Part shown: one piece after another, positions 20,125 through 32,800 of the stretch
How positions within the stretch are numbered: position 1 is the stretch's first letter
Layout: the number at the start of each line of letters is the position of its first letter
Origin: Promethearchaeota archaeon
GTDB lineage: Archaea; Asgardarchaeota; Lokiarchaeia; Sigyniarchaeales; SOKP01
Assembly: GCA_048939995.1 (NCBI GenBank)
Contig: JBHLOY010000003.1
Span: 320,001-384,000, forward strand
Length of the DNA stretch: 64,000 bases
Direction: 5' to 3'
The notes under the pieces: model-generated
The model's input: the letters and a program-made list of their open reading frames with translations, nothing else
The model's database searches: none
What the model was told of the DNA's origin: nothing
Made by a program: the position numbers and the translations under genes

Positions 20125-22023
20125 TTAAGAAAATGCTTCAATAAACCCCTTAAATAAATTATAATCATTCAAAAATTCATATGATAATATTAGGTTAACA
20201 ATTTTGAAATAATGGGACATAAATATGCTATTTAAATTGGTGACGGTTTGTCCACCGGAGAATAATGAATTATCAATTAACACCTGTACATTATTGTCCA
20301 GATTTTTCTGAACTTTATCTTTTAAACTGCTTAAATCTTCTGATTCAGATGCGAGAATAATTGTTGGTTTTCCTAAATATGGAATAAAATCTAAATTGAA
20401 TAAAAGTATTTGGTCAGAAACTTTATTCGGTGGTAAAAATAGGCGAAGTGTAGTTTGCATGACTGATAATTCCTCTTCATTATGATGTTTTGTAGATGGG
20501 AAGATATAATACGCAAAGGATTTGTTTGCATTAAATTTTAAATCAGAATAGATTCTATCAATAATTGGGAAGATACTAAAATCATAACTAAATAGGGATA
20601 GAATTGCAAGTTTACAGTTATAATCCTGGGATAAAAGATTACTGCTAATATTACCTCCCATTAAAGCAAACTCTTGAACTTCACTAATAATTTTAGAAGA
20701 AAATATATTTAATAAATAAAGCTGAGAAAAAATAGGGGTTGGTTCTACTTTTTCTCTATATTCTTCAACAAGTATGTATATAACATCAAAAGTATCTTTT
20801 AAAACTCTTTCTCTAACATTTTCCACTTTTATCTTATTAATGATTTCTTCAGCTGCTTTTGGGCTGTTCAACTCCGCCAAAATATAAATAGCATTCTTTA
20901 AATATCCAAATGCTGGATTTTGGAAATCTTGCTCAGCTAAATTTATTTTAGCTGAATTAATAATAATTTGATTAATTTGATTAATAATTTTTAGAACATC
21001 TTCCTTATTTTTACCTTTATTAAGTTCTTTTGCCACGCCAAATAAGACTTTAACTTTTAATAAATCATCTTCAATTAGGTAAGTAAGTTTGAGTGCCAAT
21101 TGAAAATCTTTTTTAATCACATTTCCCATTACTTTAGCAATTGAATCTTCCTTTTTTGAAGGTTCCTCAATTATACTCAATATTTTTATTATCTCATCAT
21201 GGTTAATGTCAACAAAATCTAAAACTAATTTATTTATGATATCAATTTTACTGATTGGATTATCAATGCTTTTAATCATGTGTAAGCATGCGTTTAGATC
21301 AACTGTCCCATAAGCCCTAATTAGATCATAATAAAATTGAATTCTTTCTGTCTCATTATATAATTTTAATGCTGTTTCTAAAGCTTTATAAAATTCATTT
21401 GCTGACAAATACTGCTTAGCTAGCATTTTAAGTTGGGATTCTATATTTTCCGCAGATAATCCTGGCTTAGAGGGGATAAGAGTGGAAATAGCTCTTTCTG
21501 ATTGGGATTGGGTTTGCAGATATACCTCATATTCACTTCTCATGGACTTTATTTCATTTTCTAGACTTTTTATATTATTCTTCTTTTGAGAATTAACAAA
21601 GAAATTTTTTGCTTTGAAATTGTCACCTGAATCAAGAGTTAAAGCTTGCACTCCCTCTAATATCTTCTTAATATTGCTTGAGGGAACTGTATCTCTTAAC
21701 TTATGCACTTTTACGGCATACTTTACAATTTTCATCAAAAAAGCATTAATAATCAGCTTACCATATCCATCACCAGTAGGTTTTAATTTTAAATCAACTG
21801 ATTTAGACTCTCCTGGTTTAAATTCTAGTTCTGCATCGAATTCTTTAGGCTCAAAAATTACTTCTAAATTTTCTCCTTCAAAGCTAAATTTGAAAGTTTC
21901 ATTCTTCTTCGATTGGCTCAGAATTTGGATTGAAACTATATTATCAGCATTAGGGATTAAAAGATTTTGAGGAAACTTAGTAATTGTAAGATTAATCATT
22001 TGAGTATGGTCTGAGGTGGACAT
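20125..22023 (-). CDS. Hypothetical protein: Ig-like N-terminal domain, alpha-solenoid middle, alpha/beta C-terminus
   Basis: 632-aa ORF; beta-sandwich pattern (FKPGESKSVDLKLKP) then helical repeats; 14-nt gap to the GCS2 gene suggests an operon. Confidence 0.7.
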   Translation of the reverse strand: MSTSDHTQMINLTITKFPQNLLIPNADNIVSIQILSQSKKNETFKFSFEGENLEVIFEPKEFDAELEFKPGESKSVDLKLKPTGDGYGKLIINAFLMKIVKYAVKVHKLRDTVPSSNIKKILEGVQALTLDSGDNFKAKNFFVNSQKKNNIKSLENEIKSMRSEYEVYLQTQSQSERAISTLIPSKPGLSAENIESQLKMLAKQYLSANEFYKALETALKLYNETERIQFYYDLIRAYGTVDLNACLHMIKSIDNPISKIDIINKLVLDFVDINHDEIIKILSIIEEPSKKEDSIAKVMGNVIKKDFQLALKLTYLIEDDLLKVKVLFGVAKELNKGKNKEDVLKIINQINQIIINSAKINLAEQDFQNPAFGYLKNAIYILAELNSPKAAEEIINKIKVENVRERVLKDTFDVIYILVEEYREKVEPTPIFSQLYLLNIFSSKIISEVQEFALMGGNISSNLLSQDYNCKLAILSLFSYDFSIFPIIDRIYSDLKFNANKSFAYYIFPSTKHHNEEELSVMQTTLRLFLPPNKVSDQILLFNLDFIPYLGKPTIILASESEDLSSLKDKVQKNLDNNVQVLIDNSLFSGGQTVTNLNSIFMSHYFKIVNLILSYEFLNDYNLFKGFIEAFS

Positions 22024-22207
22024 AGTATAATCTTTGGGTTTATTTTTTTATTTCGTTTAAATTAACCATATTTGATAATTATTTTGTTTAAATTCAAATC
22101 TTTAAAAAAATCTACTTTAATTCTTTATAAAAAAAACATAGAGTACCCATTAAAAAATTTAATTTAATGCCAAAATAGTTTTGAATATGATTTGATAGTA
22201 AAAGAAA

Positions 22208-22933
22208 TTATGCTCCTTTTCGTCTACGTCTATCAATATATTCTTTTAAATCTTCAATTACCATTTCCCTAGTATAACATGGCCAATAGTCATCTCTAAA
22301 TTTGAATTCAGAATAAGAAGCATCCCAAAGAAGAAATCCAGATAGTCTTGCACCATCCTCCATTCCTGTTCTTATTATATAATCTAGTTCTGGAAATCCT
22401 TTAGTATATAAGTAATTCTTAACTAAGGTAAGGTTTATATTTTCAGGTTCAACACCGTCTTTTACAATCTTTCTAATAGCATCGACTATTTCTTCTTGTC
22501 CATCGTACATAATACATACATTTAAGTAAGCCTTATCAAAATCTTGAGTAAAATCAGTTAGTTCCTTCAATTTTAGTTTAACATCCTGAGGAAGTAAATG
22601 TAATCTTCCAATTATATTAATTTTAATTTTTTCATCCCTAATAATTGATTCATTTTTCACAGAATCTACTGCTGCTACAATTATTCTATAGATATTTTTC
22701 AATTCTTCTGGACTTCTTCTTTTAGCATTTTCAAGTGAAAGCGCATAAACAGTTACATATCTAATACCAGCCTCATAAAAATCAAATAATCGATCTTTTA
22801 GATTTTTATATCCCTCTAAGTGACCTAAATTAGGATCTAAATTACAACTTCTAGCCCAACGCCTATTTCCATCCAAAATTAAGCCAATATGTTTAGGTAA
22901 ACTTTCCCTTGGGATATCTTTAAACTCTTCCAA
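22208..22933 (-). CDS. uppS: cis-prenyltransferase (polyprenyl/undecaprenyl diphosphate synthase)
   Basis: PKHIGLILDGNRRWAR, TVYALSLEN, YDGQEEI, LDYIIRTG...RLSGFLLW..SYSE, RRKG. Confidence 0.95.
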   Translation of the reverse strand: MEEFKDIPRESLPKHIGLILDGNRRWARSCNLDPNLGHLEGYKNLKDRLFDFYEAGIRYVTVYALSLENAKRRSPEELKNIYRIIVAAVDSVKNESIIRDEKIKINIIGRLHLLPQDVKLKLKELTDFTQDFDKAYLNVCIMYDGQEEIVDAIRKIVKDGVEPENINLTLVKNYLYTKGFPELDYIIRTGMEDGARLSGFLLWDASYSEFKFRDDYWPCYTREMVIEDLKEYIDRRRRKGA

Positions 22934-23188
22934 ATTTGTTACCTAATTTAGTATCTACTACTAATAATAGTATTATTATTTGTAATATAAGATATAATAA
23001 GATTTCATAAATTTAAAAATAATTGAAGAAACTATAACTTTTTTTGAAGATGACTCTATTTTAACTCCCATTACTTACTTATTTAAAGGGTTAGCAAATT
23101 TTTTTTAAATTTTTTTTTGCAAAAAGTTTTTAATGAGAATTTTTATACAAAATTGGGATAAGAATATTTTTTTAAACAAAATTGAACA

Positions 23189-23464
23189 ATGGAAAATTTA
23201 TTAAAATTACTTAATAAGAAAGGCTTGTATAATACATTTAGAGTCCTTTCTCTATTTGATAATTATAGAGCAGATAAATACGAATTTTACCAAAAACTCA
23301 ATGAATTTAGTTATTATAATTCATTTCATCGAATAAAACATGTTTTAATAGAAAAAAATCTATTAGTTGTAACTAATCATGGTGAGAGACCTTACTATGA
23401 ACTTACCTCCAAAGGAAAACGAATGTTTATTCTATTAAAGGAGTTGAATAAATTGTTACAATAA
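23189..23464 (+). CDS. Small winged-helix DNA-binding protein
   Basis: 91 aa ending in LIEKNLL...YYELTSKGKRM, a typical wHTH wing; lies directly upstream of the giant surface gene. Confidence 0.7.
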   Translation: MENLLKLLNKKGLYNTFRVLSLFDNYRADKYEFYQKLNEFSYYNSFHRIKHVLIEKNLLVVTNHGERPYYELTSKGKRMFILLKELNKLLQ

Positions 23465-23887
23465 CTTCTCTTTTTATCAGTTTCAAAATCTTACTGACAA
23501 AAATCTACTAAACACTATTGGGGTATTTAAAAAATTAAATAACAATTAAGTTTCCTAGAAAAATAACGGAAGTTTGGACTTCAAAAAGTTATATCAAATC
23601 TACTGAAAAGTTGCTTGAGTCGAATATGAAGATGACTTTACATTATTAGTTCTACTTTTTTTTAAAAGAATTATTAAAAAGATTAATAATATTTTAATAT
23701 CAAGATTAATGAGAAAAGAATTTTTTCATTTTTGGAAAAAAAAGATAAAACTTTTTATATTTTGTTATAATTTACAATAAATATTCCAAGTGCATATAAG
23801 CATAGTAAATTTAATTCCAAAACTGAAATTCAAGAAATTCATATAAAAAAAATAGTTTTGGAGTAATTAATTTTGTGAAAGTGCCTT

Positions 23888-26800
23888 ATGTTTGCATTAT
23901 TTGAATCGTTTGTAATATTTATTGGATTTTTCAGTTTAACTTTAATTAAGCGTAAGAAATTCAGAAAAATACTAAGCAATTCGTTTTTAGTTTTATTTGG
24001 TTTTATTCTTTTTATTCATTGTCCTTTCTATATCGAGATCAATAATGATAGGAATACAATTGAACCTCCAATTGAAGGTATTCATTCTTATCCTAAAGAA
24101 TCAGGTTATTGGTTAGTAGATCATATAGAAATTGATCAAAATGATGTTCTAAAAAATTGGGAAGTAATTAATCAAACATACCCATGGTGCAGTGGGAGTG
24201 GAACTATTACTAATCCATATATCATTGAGAATGTATCTATTAATGCTTTTAACTATGAGATAGGTATCTCCATTAGAAATTCTAAAGGGGTTTATTTTGA
24301 AATTAAAAATTGTAACATTTATAATGCAAGTATAGGTATTCAATTGTATACCACTGATAATGGGGCCATTATTAATAACAGTATTTCATACAATAGAAAT
24401 ACGGGAATTTTAATCCATAATTGCAAGAAAAATAAGATAATAGGAAATATCATTCAAAATAATTCTCAGAACGGAGTATTATTAAACGGACCTAATAGTA
24501 AAAATAACGCACTTTATAGAAATCAATTCATTGAAAATGAAAGGCATGCTTTAGACAATAGTGGCTCTAACTTTAATTTATGGTATAACTCTTCGATTGG
24601 GAATTATTGGGATAATTACACAGGTAAAGATGCGAATGATGACAATATTGGAGATATATCGTATGATTATATCTCCGGTGGTGCTAATAGTATAGATCTT
24701 TATCCAATTTGGTGGGATGCCCCATCTCTTAAAATTGATTTTCCTTTAAATTATTCTGTTCATAGCAAATTTGCTGCTAAATTTCAACTTATTATACAAG
24801 AGGGAAAAGGTGATACTTTTTGGTATGAGATAGCAGGTCAAAATTCTTCATTTATGCCATTAACAGGATTAATAGAAGAGGAAATTGTTGATGTTTTTAC
24901 CCAGGATTTGTGGGATTTATTAACTAATGGGACTCAAAAAATCAAGTTTTATGTAAATGATTCAAAAGGATATATTGCAAGTACTGATATTATTATTAAC
25001 TTAATTATACCAGATATTAGTAATTGGTGGAATGTGTCATATGCCTATAGAGCTCCAATTAAACTAGATAATAGGCATACACGATATCTTCCTAAAGGGT
25101 ATTCTGTAAATGTCTCAATAAATACTTTAAATCTAATTTCTATGGGAAAACTTCAAAGTGATGGAAGAGATCTTCGTATTGTATGGTACAACTATAGTAG
25201 TGATACTTGGATTGAACTTGATCGTGTGAATGAAACCAACTTTAATACAAATAGCACCAACATCTGGTTCAAAACTCAAAGATCAATAAATCCTAATACT
25301 TATGATGGAAATTACTATCTATATTACGGGTATAAGGATTGCAACAATCCTCCGATAAATAAAAGCAAAGTTTATCATTTATTTGATGGCTTTACCCAAT
25401 CTGATGGACTCGCAGAAGGTTGGACTGTTATTAATGGAACTTGGCTAGTAGACAATAACAAATATATCGAAACTCTGTTAGAAATAGATGGCAGAAGTTT
25501 ACTAAATTCATTTACAATAGAAAATGCATCAATAGAAGTACGTTTAAACAGTAGTGGTGGAAACTTCGGAGCAGGAATAATGTTTCGGCACCAAAATAAC
25601 CAAAATTTTTATACAGCAGGGATAGGATTTTGGGAATACGAGGTTGCTATAGGCAAATGGAGTGATGATATTCCCTATGTACTTGATAACACATCAACCT
25701 TAGAATCTGTATTAAATGATAACCAATGGTATAATCTGAAAATAGAAATGCTAGGTCCTCAATACCTAGTTTATTTAAATGGAATATTGAAAAACAATAT
25801 AACTGATTCAGATCACTTAATTGCTGGTCAAATTGGATTAATGACATGGACTAATAGTGCTATATCCTGCTTTGATGATTTAAAGGTTAAATTACTAATT
25901 CCTAATGAACCTCTTCTGGTTCTTGGAAGTGAGGAAACATTTAAACCTAGATTTAGTAACTTAATAGAAAGTAGTGATCCCTTAGAACTAGGTGATATAG
26001 AAATAATTTTTGTGAATATTACAGATATTTCAGGCATTAAACAGGCCTTAATTGAATTTGAAGGAATCAACCATTCAATGACATATCTAGCGGGAGATAG
26101 ATGGGTATATGACCAGTGGAAACCACAAAATACTGGTAATTATGAATATATGATATTTAGTGAAAATTTAAATGGTAATTGGAATTCTATTGAAGGTTCT
26201 ATTCAAGTTATTGATACTACCCTTCCAACTTTTCTCAATCTAATTGAAAGTGCAGATCCATTAGAGTTGGGTGACACTGAAGTCATTACGATTAATGCTT
26301 CGGATATATCTGGAATTAATCAACTCCTAATAGAATTTGAAGGGTCAAATCATACAATGCAAAATATCGGCGAAAATAGATGGCAATATGATTCTTGGAT
26401 TCCATTAAATGTAGGTGTTTATCCCTATATGATCTACATTGAGGATAATAATCATAATTGGAATTCAACCGCTGGTGCAATTACGGTTGAAGATACAATT
26501 TCTCCTGTATATTGGGGTTTAGTTGAGAGTGCAGACCCATTAGAGTTGGGTCAAACTGAAGTAATATCTATTAATGTTTCAGATATTGCAGGGATTAATC
26601 AAGTGTTAATTGAATTTGAAGAAGTTAATCATACAATGGAATTTATTGGTGGAGATATATGGCACTATGATTCATGGGTTCCATTGAGTATAGGTGTTTA
26701 TCCTTACATTATATATATCCAAGATGGTAATAATAACTGGAATTCAACTATTGGGGCAATTACGGTTCAAGATACAACCTCTCCTCTATATTGGGGTTTA

Positions 26801-29800
26801 ATTGAGAGTGCGGATCCATTAGAGTTAGGTAATACTGAAATGATTATGATTAATGCTTCAGATGCAGCTGGAATCAATCAGGTGCTAATTGAATTTGAGG
26901 GGTCTAACCATTCGATGACCTATTTTGGCGGTTTTACATGGCAATATAATTCATGGATTCCTTTTAGTATAGGTATTTATCCCTATATCATAAATATTCA
27001 AGATGGTAATGATAACTGGAATTCAACTAGTGGTACAATTACAGTTCAGGATTTAAATTCTCCTATATATTGGGGTTTAGTTGAAAGTGCAGACCCATTA
27101 GAATTAGGTGATACTGAAGTAATATCAATTAATGTTTCAGATATTTCGGGGATTAATCAAGTGTTAATTGAATTTGAAGAAGCAAATCATACAATGGAAA
27201 ACATCGGTGGAAATACCTGGCAATATAATTCATGGGTTCCTTTGGGTATTGGTGTTTATCCTTACATTATATATATCCAAGATGGTAATAATAACTGGAA
27301 TTCAACCAGTGGCATAATCACGGTTGAAGATACAATCTCTCCTGTATATTGGGATTTAATTGAAAGCGCAGATCCATTAGAGTTGGGAGAAACTGAAGTT
27401 ATATCAATAAACGTTTCAGATATTTCAGGAATTAATCAAGTTTTAATTGAATTTGAGGGATCGAACCATTCAATGACCTATTTTGGCGGTTTTATATGGC
27501 GATATAATTCATGGGGACCCTCAAACGTGGGTGTTTATTCTTACATAATCTACATTGAGGATACTTACAATAATTGGAATTTAACCAGTGGCACAATTAC
27601 GGTTGAAGATACAATCTCTCCTGTATATTGGGGTTTAATTGAGAGTGCAGACCCATTAGAGTTGGGTCAAACTGAAGTAATATCTATTAGTGTTTCAGAT
27701 ATTGCAGGGATTAATCAAGTGTTAATTGAATTTGAAGAAGTTAATCATACAATGGAATTTATTGGTGGAGATATATGGCACTATGATTCATGGGTTCCAT
27801 TGAGTATAGGTATTTATCCGTATAAAATCTACATTGAGGATGCTAATCAAAATTGGAATTCAACCAGTGGAATCATTACAGTTGAAGATACAACCTCCCC
27901 TGTATATTGGGGTTTAGTTGAGAGTGCAGATCCATTAGAATTGGGTAATACTGAAGTAATTATGATTAATGCTTCAGATGCAGCTGGAATTATTCAGGTA
28001 CTAATTGAATTTGAGGGGGACAATCATACAATGCAAAGCATCGGCGGAAATACTTGGCGATACAATTCATGGATTCCATTGAGTATAGGTATTTATCCTT
28101 ATATTATATATATTGAAGATAGCAATAATCTCTGGAATTCAACCAGTGGGACCATTACTGTTCAAGATGCAATCTCTCCAGTATATTGGGGTCTAGTTGA
28201 AAGTGCAGATCCATTAGAGTTAGGTAATACTGAGGTAATTTCTATCAATGTTTCAGATATTGCAGGGATTAATCAAGTATTAATTGAATTTGAGGAATCA
28301 AACCATTCAATGACTTATTTTGGCGGGTTTACATGGCAATATAATCTATGGGTTCCTTTGAGTATAGGAGTTTATCCTTATAAAATATTTATCCAAGATG
28401 GTAATAATAACTGGAATTCAACCAGTGGAACTATTACTGTTCAAGATACTACCCCTCCTGTATATTGGGCTTTGAATGAAAGTGCAGACCCATTAGAGTT
28501 GGGTCAAACTGAAGCAATATCAATTAATGTTTCAGATATTTCAGGGATTAATCAAGTGCTAATTGAATTTGAGGGGTTCAATCATACAATGCTAAATATT
28601 GAGGGAAATACTTGGCGATACAATTCGTGGATTCCATTGAGTGTAGGCATTTATCCTTACATTATATATATTGAAGATAGCAATAATCGCTGGAATTCAA
28701 CCAGTGGAACCATTACTGTTCAAGATACTACCCCTCCTGTATATTGGGCCTTGAATGAGAGTGCGGATCCATTAGAGTTGAGCCAAACTGAAGTAATATC
28801 TATTAATGTTTCAGATATTTCAGGGATTAATCAAGTGCTAATTGAATTTGAGGGGGTCAATCATACGATGGAAAATATTGAAGGAAATACTTGGCGATAC
28901 AATTCATGGGTTCCTTTGAGCATAGGTGTTTATCCTTACATTATATATATTGAAGATAGCAATAATCATTGGAATTCAACCAGTGGAACCATTGCTGTTC
29001 AAGATACTACCCCTCCTGTATATTGGGCCTTGAATGAGAGTGCAGATCCATTAGAGTTGGGCCAAACTGAAGTAATATCTATTAATGTGTCAGATGCTGC
29101 GGGAATCAATCAAGTACTGATTGAGTTTGAGGGATCCAACCATTCAATGACTTATTTTGACGGTTTTACATGGCAATATAATTCATGGGTTCCTTTGAGC
29201 ATAGGTGTTTATCCTTATATTATATATATTGAAGATGGCAATAATCACTGGAATTTAACCAGTGGAACCATTACTGTTCAAGATACTACCCCTCCTGTAT
29301 ATTGGGATTTAATTGAGAGTGCGGATCCATTAGAGTTAGGTGATACTGAAGTCATTATGATTAGTGTTTCTGATAGCTCTGGAATCAATCAAATTTTGAT
29401 TGAATTTGAGGGATCAAACCATTCAATGATTAAAATTGATATTAATACTTGGCAATATAATTCATGGGTTCCTTTGAGCATAGGTGTTTTTCCATATATA
29501 ATTTACATGAGGGATAACCATAATAATTGGAATTTAACTATTGGCGCAATTACAGTTCAAGATACAACCCCTCCTGCATTTTGGGCTTTAATTGAGAGTG
29601 CGGACCCATTGGAATTTGGAGATACTGAAGTAATATCAATTAATGTTTCAGATATCGCGGGGATTAATCAAGTGTTAATTGAATTTGAGGGGTCAAACCA
29701 TTCAATGATAAAAATTGATATTAATACTTGGCAATACAATTCATGGACTCCATTAAATACAGGAACATATACCTATACTATTCATATGGAAGATAATAAT

Positions 29801-32800
29801 AATAATTGGGGATTTATAAGCAGAACAATTAAAGTTGAAGATACGATCTCTCCTGTATATTGGGGTTTACTAGAAAGCGCAGATCCATTAGAGTTAGGTC
29901 AAACTGAAGTAATATCTATTAATGTTTCAGATATTTCAGGGATTAATCAAGTACTAATTGAATTTGAGAGTTCTAACCATACAATGATAAATGTTGAAGA
30001 TGATATCTGGCAATATAATTCATGGGTCCCATTAAGTACGGGAACATATAACTATACCATTTACATAGAAGATAACAATAATAACTGGAACTCTATTAGT
30101 GGAACTATAACAGTTACTGATACAATTTCACCTATCTATTGGGGTTTACTAGAAAGCGCAGATCCATTAGAATTGGGGAATATTGAAGTTATTACAATTA
30201 GTATTTCAGATCTCTCTGGAATAAAGCAAGTTCTAATTGAATTTGAAGGAACAAATCATTCAATGTTTAATATGGGAGGTTACGTTTGGCAATATGATTT
30301 ATGGATTCCTTCTGATATCGGTGTTTATGGATATAAAATATTTATGGAAGATAATAATAACAATTGGGAATCAATTAGTGGAACAATTAAGGTTGAAGAT
30401 ACAACACCTCCTGAATTTTGGGATTTAATTGAGAGCGCAGATCCATTAGAGTTGGGTCAAACTGAAGTAATATCAATTAATGTCTCAGATATTTCAGGGA
30501 TTAATCAAGTGTTAATTGAATTTGAAGGATCTAACCATTCAATGACCTATTTTGGCAGCTATACATGGCGATATAATTTATGGGTACCCTCAAACGTTGG
30601 TATTTATTCTTATATAATCTACATCGAGGATACTAATCATAATTGGAATTCTACAAGTGGGATCATTGCAGTTACTGATACAATTTCACCTGTCTATTGG
30701 AGTTTACTTGAAAGCGCAGACCCATTAGAATTGGGAGAAACTGAAGTAATATCAATTAATGTTTCAGATATTTCGGGGATTAATCAGGTACTAATCGAGT
30801 TTGAGGGATCTAACCATTCAATGACTTATTTTGGCAGTGATACATGGAATTATGACAGTTGGGTTCCTTTATTTACAGGAATATATACATATATCATATA
30901 TATCCAAGATGACAATAATAACTGGAATTCAACCAGTGGCACGATTACAGTTCAAGATACGACCTCTCCTGTATTTTGGGGTTTAATTGAGAATGCGGAT
31001 CCATTAGAATTAGGTGGTACTCAAATAATAACAATTAGTGTTTCAGATATTTCTGGAATCAATCAAGTACAGATTGAATTCGACGGGATAAACCATACAA
31101 TGACTCATATTGGTGGTGATACATGGAATTATGGCAATTGGGTTCCTTTAATTATAGGAATATATACATATACCATTTATATTGAAGATAATAATAATAA
31201 TTGGAATTCTACCTTTGATTTGAGTTATTCCGTTATAGATACTGTTGGACCAAGTTTATCAGGATTATTAGAAAGTGCGGATCCTTTAGAACTAGGCATG
31301 TCTGAAACGATTAGAATAAACATAAGCGATTTATCTCCAATTAATACCGTATGGATTCAGATTGAGGATTCTAATCACACTATGAATTATATCAGTGGAA
31401 ATATCTACGAATATGCTGGATGGCTTCCAACCACCATTGGAATAAAGACTTATTTGATTTATGCGAATGATAGCAGTGGAAACGTAAATTTCCTTTTAGA
31501 CACTATTACGGTTATAGATACTACAGGTCCAAATTTATTAGGGTTATTAGAAAGTGCGGATCCCTTAGAGTTGGGAATGTCTGAAACGATTAGAATAAAC
31601 ATAACTGATTTATCTCCAATTAACACTGTGTGGATCGAGACTGAGGAGGCCAATCACACTATGAGTTATATCAGTGGAAATATCTATGAATATGCTGGAT
31701 GGATTCCGATTGTGAGTGGAATAAAAATATATACTATATATGCGAACGATACTAATGGAAATATAAATTTTCTTTCAGATTTTATTACGGTTATAGATAC
31801 CATAGGACCACTTCTATCAGGATTATTTGAAAGTGTGGATCCCTTAGAGTTGGGAATGTCAGAAACGATTAAAATAAATGTAACTGATTTATCTCCAATT
31901 AATACTGTGTGGATCGAGATTGAGGATGTTAATTATACTATGAGCTATACCAGCGGAATTACCTATGAATATGTGGGGTGGTTTCCTGATATCATTGGAA
32001 TAAAAAGTTATAAGATTTATGCGAACGATAGTAGCGGTAATGTCAATTTCCTTTCAGATTTTATTACGGTTATAGATACTTCAGGACCAAGTTTATCGGG
32101 ATTATTAGAAAGTGCGGATCCCTTAGAGTTGGGTATGTCTGAAACAATCCAAATTAATGTGACTGATCTTTCCTCAATAGATAATGTATGGATCGAGATT
32201 GAGGATGTTAATTACACTATGAGTTATCTCAGCGGAAATACATATGAATATGCTGGTTGGATTCCAACTATAACAGGAATAAAGAGTTATACGATTTATG
32301 CGAACGATACTAGCGGAAATGTCAACTTTCTCTCAGATTTTATTACGGTTATAGATACAACAGGTCCACTACTATCAGGATTATTTGAGAGCGCTGATCC
32401 ATTAGAGCTGGGTAGTGAAGAAACTATTCGAATAGATGTTTATGATGAAGATGATGTTAAAAGTGTTTGGATCGAGATTGAGGATGCAAATTATACTATG
32501 AGCTATATCAGTGGAAATACTTATGAATATACTGGTTGGATTCCAACTATAACCGGAATAAAGAGTTATACGATTTATGCGAACGATAGTAGCGGAAATG
32601 TAAATTTTCTATCAGATACCATTACAGTTATAGATACAACTCCTCCTCTATTATCAGGGTTATTAGAAAGTGCGGATCCCATAGAGTTGGGCATGTCTGA
32701 AATAATTCAAGTTAATGTGACTGATCTCTCCTCAATAGATGATGTATGGATTCAAATTGATGGTATTAATTACCTAATGAGTTATGTCAGTGGAAATACT

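Noticed and set aside
23485-23610. Recurrent AAATCT(T)ACT motif upstream of the giant gene
   Set aside because: Short, AT-rich and irregularly spaced; could be chance.
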